Shown piece after piece: positions 8,031 to 14,128 of a stretch of DNA of 33,039 nt. Numbering within the stretch: position 1 is the stretch's first letter; every line of letters starts with the position of its first letter. A program made the translations under genes and the position numbers. The stretch lies in the IMG/VR virus record IMGVR_UViG_3300025876_000001; one strand, written 5' to 3'. This stretch comes from a virus. Under the pieces are notes generated by a model, which was not told the DNA's origin, did no database searches, and worked only from the letters and a program-made list of their open reading frames with translations.

Positions 8031-8246
8031 TTATTTTATTTTAATTATTCCCTTTGGTAATGTTTCTAATTCATCCGACCATGTTGTTTCAACAATCATG
8101 TCATCCCCATCAAATGACATTGATTCCTCATAACATTCGGCAAATATTGAATCCTTGTTCAATATTGTGAAAAGTTTTTTATATAAACCTTTATATCCTT
8201 TTGATTTTTGATTTACTAATCGGTATTTTGCAAAGTTGTTTTCCAT
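8031..8246 (-). CDS. hypothetical protein (71 aa from ATG 8246)
   Basis: The track start at 8270 is a TTG that would run through a regulatory-motif copy. ATG 8246 gives MENNFAKYRL... Confidence 0.5.
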   Translation of the reverse strand: MENNFAKYRLVNQKSKGYKGLYKKLFTILNKDSIFAECYEESMSFDGDDMIVETTWSDELETLPKGIIKIK

Positions 8247-8251
8247 CTCAT

Positions 8252-8297
8252 TAATTGTTTGACACCGCAATATACAACTTTATTTAAATATAACAAG
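8252..8297 (-). promoter_or_regulatory. candidate internal promoter plus copy C of the GTCAARCAATTA motif
   Basis: The minus strand reads cTTG-N19-TATATTGC-G-GTGTCAAACAATTAATGAGATG. The motif (plus-strand taattgtttgac, 8252..8263) sits in the same position relative to the -7-like box as in P1 and P2. Confidence 0.3.
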
Positions 8298-8314
8298 CAT
8301 CAAACAAAAATAAA

Positions 8315-8839
8315 TCACTTTTTTTGCAATTTTTTTATCAATTCCTTATAAAATTCGATTAAATCACGCAATTCATCTTTTGAATATTTTCGTGTTTCAT
8401 GTGCTTTTTCATGTAATTCAAACAATCTTTCCGCACCGATTTTTTTTACAATGTTTTCTTGATATTTAATCAAGTTACCATGCAAATATCTATTGCAATA
8501 CACACAACTTGAATGAACATTGTCCGGATCAAACGTGACTGATTTGTGACCTCCCGAACTAAAATAATGCGATGCATCGTATTTGTCACCCAATGGTTTT
8601 TCACACGTTATGCATGGCAATCCGGCATCCCTTAATCGAACCCAACGATTAAAAACCGATTGACATTTTTTCATCAAATCTTGTGTTGTTTCCAATTCCG
8701 CATTCATCTTTTTTTTTAGCTTTTTCCAATTGTCTTTTTTTGATTTTTCAACCCATACCGAAACGCATTCAGGATTGAAACAATACTTTTGATTGAAATG
8801 CTTTGGTTCGAATATTTGTTTGCAATTTTTACAACGCAT
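8315..8839 (-). CDS. ninG: NinG/Rap-family recombination endonuclease
   Basis: N-terminal CKNCKQIF...YCFNPEC, then RLRDAGLPCITCEKP...DASHYFSSGGH...FDPDNVHSSCVYCNRYLHGN, the cysteine/histidine pattern of lambda NinG. Confidence 0.8.
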   Translation of the reverse strand: MRCKNCKQIFEPKHFNQKYCFNPECVSVWVEKSKKDNWKKLKKKMNAELETTQDLMKKCQSVFNRWVRLRDAGLPCITCEKPLGDKYDASHYFSSGGHKSVTFDPDNVHSSCVYCNRYLHGNLIKYQENIVKKIGAERLFELHEKAHETRKYSKDELRDLIEFYKELIKKLQKK

Positions 8840-10126
8840 CTAAAAATTGAAATTATTTAATATTTTTTCCAATACATCAATTGTGATTGAATTCCCGGCT
8901 TGTTTGTACAATTGTGCATCACTAACAACGAATTTAAAATCATCATTAAAACCTTGTAACCTGAAACATTCACGCGGTGTTAATCTTCTTATAAAATAAG
9001 AATCCCACAAAAAATTGTTTGGTGATGAATCATGCTTTGTGGTAATGCAACCAACTTGTGTCGATAAACTTTTACTATAACAATCAATTGTTAAAACTTT
9101 ATCATCAGGTAAATGTGTTTCGGATAAAAAATTATTCAGTCTTTTTAATTTGTATTTTCTAAAGACTCCAATATTGCTATGTGTATCAATTGTTTGTGAT
9201 ACTTTATGCCCAACCCTCCCTCTTCGTGTCGTGCTTTTTACAAAATCCAAATTTAAACTATCATCTAAATACAATTTTTCAAAACCTTTTTTATTATTTG
9301 TTGGTATTTTTAAAAATGTGTCATCCATTCGTGAACCAAATTTTGTTGTGACTGCATTACACAAATATGTTTCGTCTTTTTCCATTGGTGACCATTTAAA
9401 GCCATTACCTTTTTCTTTTTGTTTTTTAGTATTATTTAAAAAATACTTTATCATTTTATACGACAAAAAATATTTTTTATTAACATTGTCCTCCAATAAA
9501 TCTTTTAATTTAATTGTCAAAGGTTGTTCAATAGGAAATCTAAAATTATTATCCGCATCATCACGAATTCCAATAATGAAAACACGTTCACGATTTTGTG
9601 GAATGTTTGCAATTTTCTTTGTGTTTAATACTGCATAATAAATGTGATATGGTACACTTTTATCGTGTGGAAATAATACCGGCAAACCATTAACACTTTT
9701 GCCTCCCAATAAATTAATCCATTCCTGAAATGTGTTTCCGTTTTCGTGACTCATTAAACCACGAACATTTTCAAAAACAAAATATCGTGGTTTGTTCTTG
9801 ACAATAAATTCGTGTGAATTATAAAACAAAATATTTCTTTTATCATCTTCTTTTGATTTTCGTGATCCGGAAAGACTGAAACCTTGACATGGCGGTGATG
9901 ACATATAAAAATCCAAAGGTTGTTTGGGAATATCCCTTTCATAAACATCGTGCGGATAATATTCCGGTGCATCATGATTTGCCAAATAACTTTGCCGTGC
10001 AAATTTGTCCCAATCACACGCAAATATATTTTTCACGTTAAAACCTTTTTGTTCCGCAACACGTTGAATTGCAAAATCAAATGCACCAACACCGGAAAAA
10101 TCCGAACCAACTGATATTGTTTTCAA
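8840..10126 (-). CDS. DNA (cytosine-5)-methyltransferase, orphan
   Basis: Motif I DFSGVG, IV SSPPCQGFS, VI FENVRGL, VIII QNRERVFIIG, IX RRLTPRECFRLQGF, X AGNSI. Start is a TTG in a TTGA overlap with the upstream stop. No adjacent endonuclease gene. Confidence 0.93.
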   Translation of the reverse strand: MKTISVGSDFSGVGAFDFAIQRVAEQKGFNVKNIFACDWDKFARQSYLANHDAPEYYPHDVYERDIPKQPLDFYMSSPPCQGFSLSGSRKSKEDDKRNILFYNSHEFIVKNKPRYFVFENVRGLMSHENGNTFQEWINLLGGKSVNGLPVLFPHDKSVPYHIYYAVLNTKKIANIPQNRERVFIIGIRDDADNNFRFPIEQPLTIKLKDLLEDNVNKKYFLSYKMIKYFLNNTKKQKEKGNGFKWSPMEKDETYLCNAVTTKFGSRMDDTFLKIPTNNKKGFEKLYLDDSLNLDFVKSTTRRGRVGHKVSQTIDTHSNIGVFRKYKLKRLNNFLSETHLPDDKVLTIDCYSKSLSTQVGCITTKHDSSPNNFLWDSYFIRRLTPRECFRLQGFNDDFKFVVSDAQLYKQAGNSITIDVLEKILNNFNF

Positions 10127-10386
10127 AATTTTAATGTTTTTATTTGTGTTTTTAATTCCAAATTTAATCGTTCTAATGACATAATTCGGTTGTGTTGTAT
10201 TTGTAATTCACTTTCCATTTTTTGCATTGTATTCAGGACACAAATCAAATCACGTTCCGATTGTTGCATTGAATTAATTACATCCGTTCGATGCGGTTGT
10301 TTCAATTTTATTTCCTCCAATGAACTTTGGATTTTTAAAATATTTGCTTTCAAATCTATTTGTGCCAATAATACATTCACTTCCAT
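10123..10386 (-). CDS. coiled-coil hypothetical protein (87 aa)
   Basis: Heptad-like L/I/E/K-rich sequence, tightly packed between the helicase and the methyltransferase. Confidence 0.5.
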   Translation of the reverse strand: MEVNVLLAQIDLKANILKIQSSLEEIKLKQPHRTDVINSMQQSERDLICVLNTMQKMESELQIQHNRIMSLERLNLELKTQIKTLKF

Positions 10387-10389
10387 TTT

Positions 10390-11274
10390 TTATTGTTTTT
10401 GTGCAAATACCTTTTCGCGATGAATACCAATTTCGTCATAATATACAAATTTATTGATGTCAAAAAACATTTGAATCCGACCAACATTTCCATTCGAACG
10501 TGGTTTGATTTTATGAAAATATACATCAACATTATTCGTTGTAATATCCTCGCGGTGTATCGTAATCATGTTTTTTCCATTGTTGATCCATTCACTTCCT
10601 CCTTTGAGGTCATATGGATTTGGGGATTTGCGAATTCCATTTTCTTTTTCGGTCAATTTTGGATGAATAATTGTGTGCAAATGCAATTCATTATTTTCCG
10701 CGATGTGATTGCGATACGATAAAACATCCTCCAAATATTTGTCATCCCTTGCAAATCTTGATGTGTCGTGATACATATCTTTCCACGAATCAATTGATGC
10801 CGTTTCCAAACCCTCCGATTTCTTTAATTCAACCGCATAATCCCAAAATTGATAAGGTGACAATTTTGCTTTTACATTACGTTTTGTAAGCACTTTAAAA
10901 TGTTCGGTTATCCAATCAATCGATTTGACAATTTCATGGTCTTGTATTGCGTTAATCTTTTCCGGATCAAATGTTTTTCCGGTGACCTTATGAATCAAAT
11001 CCGCAATTATTTCAACTTGATTTCCAACATCAGGAAAATAAACCAAATGTTTCCAACCATAGAATTTTGATGTGTTCAATAAACATTCCATTAAAAATTG
11101 TGTTTTTCCTGACATCGGGAAACCCGACCAATCGGTGCAATTTCCCAACATCATTGAATAATGGTCATGTAAGTTTTTGAATCCAAGATATTTTCCGCGT
11201 TCGTGATATTTGTCCCGATAAATAAAAAGTTTATCAATGACATCACCGGACTTTGTAATTTTAAAATCTTTCAT
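10390..11274 (-). CDS. DnaB-C-terminal/RecA-fold replicative helicase-like ATPase
   Basis: Walker A GFPMSGKTQF, Walker B-like ETASIDSW, HLHTIIHP, and a DnaB H4-like KGGSEWINNGKNMITIHR. I prefer ATG 11274 (ATGA overlap) over the GTG at 11280. Confidence 0.6.
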   Translation of the reverse strand: MKDFKITKSGDVIDKLFIYRDKYHERGKYLGFKNLHDHYSMMLGNCTDWSGFPMSGKTQFLMECLLNTSKFYGWKHLVYFPDVGNQVEIIADLIHKVTGKTFDPEKINAIQDHEIVKSIDWITEHFKVLTKRNVKAKLSPYQFWDYAVELKKSEGLETASIDSWKDMYHDTSRFARDDKYLEDVLSYRNHIAENNELHLHTIIHPKLTEKENGIRKSPNPYDLKGGSEWINNGKNMITIHREDITTNNVDVYFHKIKPRSNGNVGRIQMFFDINKFVYYDEIGIHREKVFAQKQ

Positions 11275-11834
11275 GACCACGCGGATTTAAATTTTTGATT
11301 TGGATTGTCATATTTTCCATTTGCACGATTTTTCCAAGTGTTCAACCTTGCCTTGATACCAAATGTTCGTTCCTTTTCAAATCGCATCTTTCGGTCATTG
11401 TCACCATGTTCCGACCAATAAAGAAAAAAGTCATAAATTAATTGCTTTCCGTATTCCCGAACGTATTCATCCAATTTCTTTTTTAATATATTTTTTCTTT
11501 TTAGTATATCATTTTCATTTTCATTTTCATTATCGGTATTTTTCGCATCGGTTTTTATGCGGTCGGATGCGGTCGCATTTTTATTTTGCCATCGCTTTTT
11601 TGCGTTTTCTACATTTTGCGAACACAATCTTTCGTATTTTTTTAAATCACGTTTCAATTGTTGTTTAATTGGTTCGAATGCGATTTGCGTAATCAAATGA
11701 TTCGTTTCAGGATTCATGTCATTAACGTACTCTAAAACGTGTTTAAATAGCTTTCCGGCATCAACATCATCAAGTTTTTCGATTGTGTGAATGATGTCAC
11801 AATATAGAATAAAAGATTTTTTATTTTCCGCCAT
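11271..11834 (-). CDS. replication-associated protein (replisome-organiser-like)
   Basis: N-terminal FILYCDIIHTIEKLDDVDAGKLFKHVLEYV and C-terminal FFLYWSE......MRFEKERTFGIKARLNTW resemble phage replication-organiser domains. Sits directly upstream of the helicase. The family assignment is not verified. Confidence 0.35.
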   Translation of the reverse strand: MAENKKSFILYCDIIHTIEKLDDVDAGKLFKHVLEYVNDMNPETNHLITQIAFEPIKQQLKRDLKKYERLCSQNVENAKKRWQNKNATASDRIKTDAKNTDNENENENDILKRKNILKKKLDEYVREYGKQLIYDFFLYWSEHGDNDRKMRFEKERTFGIKARLNTWKNRANGKYDNPNQKFKSAWS

Positions 11835-12228
11835 TTCTTTTTCGTTTTAAATCGTAATACAAATTGTTTTCTAATCTTTTCCGCATGATTCCAATGTCAC
11901 GAAATGTTGTTGCATTTTCGACATCCTTTCGAATTGAATATTCAATTTTTTTAATGTCATATTGTTCAAAAAATTCCATGTAATTTGAAAGCACCGAAAT
12001 CAATTCGGCATCTTTTGAGGACTTTAAATTGTTGTATGTTTTCAAACCATTAATTATTGACGCATGATTCCGATTAAAGAATCGACCAATGTGTGTGACC
12101 TGAATGTCATGGTTCGACATTAAATTGTAAATAAACATCCTTTTAAAGACCTTTTCACGTTTTCGGCATTGTCGCAACAAATCATCTTTTGCGACCTTGT
12201 ATTCGATTTTTTGCATTAAACTTTCCAT
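11821..12228 (-). CDS. DnaA domain IV (Bac_DnaA_C)-like HTH protein
   Basis: RKREKVFKRMFIYNLMSNHDIQVTHIGRFFNRNHASIINGLKTYNNL parallels the DnaA C-terminal R..R....Y......S...IG..F.RDH.TV signature. Confidence 0.55.
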   Translation of the reverse strand: MESLMQKIEYKVAKDDLLRQCRKREKVFKRMFIYNLMSNHDIQVTHIGRFFNRNHASIINGLKTYNNLKSSKDAELISVLSNYMEFFEQYDIKKIEYSIRKDVENATTFRDIGIMRKRLENNLYYDLKRKRNGGK

Positions 12229-12320
12229 TATTGTCGTGCTTTTAAATATTGTAAATAAAGATTTATATTGAATGAACCACCTTTGTCATAATGACCTGAT
12301 TTTGTTTTCCAAAACTTCAT
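12228..12320 (-). CDS. possible 30-aa ORF
   Basis: Manual translation: MKFWKTKSGHYDKGGSFNINLYLQYLKARQ. TAATG junction with the next gene. Very short, so weak. Confidence 0.2.
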   Translation of the reverse strand: MKFWKTKSGHYDKGGSFNINLYLQYLKARQ

Positions 12321-12333
12321 GATCCGGTACAAA

Positions 12334-12540
12334 TTAAACATATTTTTCATAAACCAAAATTTGAATTTCATTAATAATTTTTTTGTATTCCAACATCAAA
12401 GAATTAAACATCTCTTTGTCTTTTATATATTCATCACCTAAAGATTCATATTTTATGTAAATGTCCAATCGACCTTTGTGTCCTTTTGCCTTGATTAATA
12501 TTTCACCGGCTTTGTTTTGTAACTGCATTAAATCATTCAT
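12334..12540 (-). CDS. hypothetical protein (68 aa)
   Basis: ATG start in an ATGAATGA overlap with the upstream gene. Confidence 0.5.
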   Translation of the reverse strand: MNDLMQLQNKAGEILIKAKGHKGRLDIYIKYESLGDEYIKDKEMFNSLMLEYKKIINEIQILVYEKYV

Positions 12541-12874
12541 TTCCTTTGTGGTTTATTTCCGATGCGAAATCGGATGGTTGATAATTTTCATCTGAATAAA
12601 AATCGTAATCAAATGAATCGATATTTTTGTTGACATATTCCGCCACTTGTTCATCCAAATCCATTTCCATTTTTTCATTCAGGACAATCGGATGTTGCGA
12701 ATTATAAGTGTAATACATTGCAGAAACAATTTCAATTTCAACATCAACCATTTCGGTTTCATTGTTCCATGACCGGATCAATGGCGTTAATGTAATTTCA
12801 ATTGAATCGTTTTCAAGATTTTTTGTTGCGGTCAATCCTGAATCATTACCGCAAATTAAATATTTATTTTCCAT
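12533..12874 (-). CDS. strongly acidic early hypothetical protein (113 aa)
   Basis: 24 D/E versus 6 K/R by my count. Second gene downstream of promoter P2. Confidence 0.55.
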   Translation of the reverse strand: MENKYLICGNDSGLTATKNLENDSIEITLTPLIRSWNNETEMVDVEIEIVSAMYYTYNSQHPIVLNEKMEMDLDEQVAEYVNKNIDSFDYDFYSDENYQPSDFASEINHKGNE

Positions 12875-12902
12875 TTTATTTGTTTTTATTGATTATTGAT
12901 TA

Positions 12903-13064
12903 TTAAAGCTCTACTATCTCCCTATCTAAGTCTATATAATATTGAGTTTTAACTCCATGCTCTGTGATTATAGTATGAAGACTCATACCTGACTCAAAGT
13001 ATACAACGGTTTTATAGTCTGTTATCTTGATTTCTTTTATTGTTTGTCCGATTAAATTTTTCAT
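12903..13064 (-). CDS. hypothetical 53-aa protein, first ORF after promoter P2 (below the ORF-track cut-off)
   Basis: Manual translation: MKNLIGQTIKEIKITDYKTVVYFESGMSLHTIITEHGVKTQYYIDLDREIVEL. The ATG lies 45 nt downstream of the first base of the P2 -7 box. Confidence 0.4.
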   Translation of the reverse strand: MKNLIGQTIKEIKITDYKTVVYFESGMSLHTIITEHGVKTQYYIDLDREIVEL

Positions 13065-13084
13065 TGTGTGTTTTTTATTGTTTG

Positions 13085-13132
13085 TAATTGCTTGACATTT
13101 GTAAAGGTAACTATTTATTTTAAACCACCAAA
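13085..13132 (-). promoter_or_regulatory. early promoter P2: TTTG-N19-TACCTTTA followed by GTCAAGCAATTA (motif copy B)
   Basis: The minus strand reads TTTGGTGGTTTAAAATAAATAGTTACCTTTACAAATGTCAAGCAATTA. The spacing fits the Bacteroidota -33/-7 consensus TTTG-N19-21-TAnnTTTG. 39 of 48 positions are identical to P1. Confidence 0.55.
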
Positions 13133-13176
13133 TTTTATTTCGGTTAATTTCTTATTTGATTGCATTTTGATTGTAT

Positions 13177-13215
13177 AAAAAAACCCGAAACCCCAATGGA
13201 ATAAGGGATTTCGAG
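13177..13215 (-). terminator. rho-independent terminator T2
   Basis: Minus-strand RNA: CUCGAAAUCCC-(10-nt loop)-GGGGUUUCGGG, an 11-bp stem with two G-U pairs, followed by UUUUUUU. The same stem on the plus strand has mismatches and no U tract. Confidence 0.75.
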
Positions 13216-13244
13216 CCAAAAAAGATTTTTAACTTTTTTTTGTT

Positions 13245-13256
13245 GTCAAACAATTC
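13245..13256 (+). promoter_or_regulatory. copy D of the 12-nt motif (GTCAAACAATTc), inverted orientation
   Basis: Plus-strand gtcaaacaattc, an 11/12 match, immediately followed by a 7-bp hairpin (catcaat-tccttg-attgatg, 13256..13275). Intergenic. Confidence 0.3.
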
Positions 13257-13305
13257 ATCAATTCCTTGATTGATGCAATTATTTTAATATCGATTTTAAT
13301 GCGTT

Positions 13306-13416
13306 TTAAGAGCATAACAACCACATTGCCTTGTAATATAGCCAACAAGCTATGAAAACAAATGTAAATCCAAATAATAGTGTTTTAATCGCGTTCTGAT
13401 ATTCTTTTCTTTTCAT
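13306..13416 (-). CDS. possible 36-aa single-pass membrane peptide
   Basis: Manual translation: MKRKEYQNAIKTLLFGFTFVFIACWLYYKAMWLLCS. The ATG is 4 nt after the upstream stop. Confidence 0.3.
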   Translation of the reverse strand: MKRKEYQNAIKTLLFGFTFVFIACWLYYKAMWLLCS

Positions 13417-13420
13417 GGTT

Positions 13421-13660
13421 TTAATTTTTTATTAAATTTTTAATGTTTTCGGTTTGACGTTCCAATCGTTGATTTAATCTTTCAATTGACATTTGCATAA
13501 TAACGATTTTGTGCGAATAGGTTTTTACCAATTCAGGAAAGTAACCAATTAAATTTTTCCGCGATTCATCAAGATATCGCATTTTGTTTTCCGCCGATTT
13601 TATCACAAATGAAATTTGATCCATTGTGTCGATTGCTTTTTGTAGTTCTTTTGTTTCCAT
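13421..13660 (-). CDS. coiled-coil hypothetical protein (79 aa)
   Basis: ATG start. Lies between terminators T1 and T2. Confidence 0.5.
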   Translation of the reverse strand: METKELQKAIDTMDQISFVIKSAENKMRYLDESRKNLIGYFPELVKTYSHKIVIMQMSIERLNQRLERQTENIKNLIKN

Positions 13661-13670
13661 TTTTTTTAAA

Positions 13671-13700
13671 GTTTAAAAGGCGGTTTTTACACCGCCGGTT
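13671..13700 (-). terminator. GC-rich hairpin terminator/attenuator T1
   Basis: GGCGGU-(6-nt loop)-ACCGCC followed by UUUUAAACUUU on the minus strand. It is the only GC-rich element in an AT-rich gap. The stem is short, so it may be only partially efficient. Confidence 0.5.
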
Positions 13701-13704
13701 TTAT

Positions 13705-13947
13705 TTATTTTTTTCGTACAATTAGTTTTACATCCCAATCAAAACCCCAAGAATTATCCACATCAACAATAAATCCAAATGATTTAAATTTTTTTATAAC
13801 TGAATTATTGTTTACACTACTTGTAACTTGAAATGTTTTTGTGTTTTTTACAAAATCACTTTTCCAAAAATCCGATTTCTTTTTAAACGATACAACACTA
13901 TTGTTTGTAATAATTGAAATCTGTTTGTTTATTTTAACTGAATCCAT
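13705..13947 (-). CDS. hypothetical lysine-rich 80-aa protein, sole gene of the P1-to-T1 unit
   Basis: ATG start 48 nt downstream of the first base of the P1 -7 box. The stop is 5 nt before T1. Confidence 0.55.
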   Translation of the reverse strand: MDSVKINKQISIITNNSVVSFKKKSDFWKSDFVKNTKTFQVTSSVNNNSVIKKFKSFGFIVDVDNSWGFDWDVKLIVRKK

Positions 13948-13970
13948 TTTTTCTATTTTTTAATTGTTTG

Positions 13971-14018
13971 TAATTGCTTGACACTTGTAAAGTTAATCAA
14001 ACATTTGAATCCACCAAA
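13971..14018 (-). promoter_or_regulatory. early promoter P1: TTTG-N19-TAACTTTA followed by GTCAAGCAATTA (motif copy A)
   Basis: The minus strand reads TTTGGTGGATTCAAATGTTTGATTAACTTTACAAGTGTCAAGCAATTA. Located in the largest gap downstream of the late operon. Confidence 0.55.
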
Positions 14019-14128
14019 CTTTTTTTTCGTTGAAAATTAAAATAAATGGTGATGATTTCCTTAAACCCTTGTAAACATTAGGATTCAGGAAGTAAAAAAA
14101 AATTAAAAAAATTTTATCTTTTTTCGGA

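Noticed and set aside
5690-11280. Extended N-termini from non-ATG starts in the ORF track (TTG 5794, TTG 6609, TTG 8270, GTG 11280; also TTG 29048 outside this span)
   Set aside because: Each extension creates a long overlap with the upstream gene or runs through a regulatory motif. In every case a downstream ATG gives the ATGA or TAATG coupling used throughout this genome.
11495-11530. Short tandem hexamer repeat (attttc, 3 to 4 units), considered as a CRISPR-like or satellite repeat
   Set aside because: It is in frame within a gene, encodes NENENEN, has no spacers, and is far too short for an array. It is mentioned only as part of the AT-rich tract of the candidate origin.
14057-14091. Imperfect hairpin (ttccttaaacc / ggattcaggaa, 9 of 11 pairs, 13-nt loop), considered as the late-operon terminator after the metallophosphoesterase gene
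   Set aside because: It has two internal mismatches, a large loop and no clean U tract, so it is not convincing as an intrinsic terminator. Where the late transcript ends remains unresolved.
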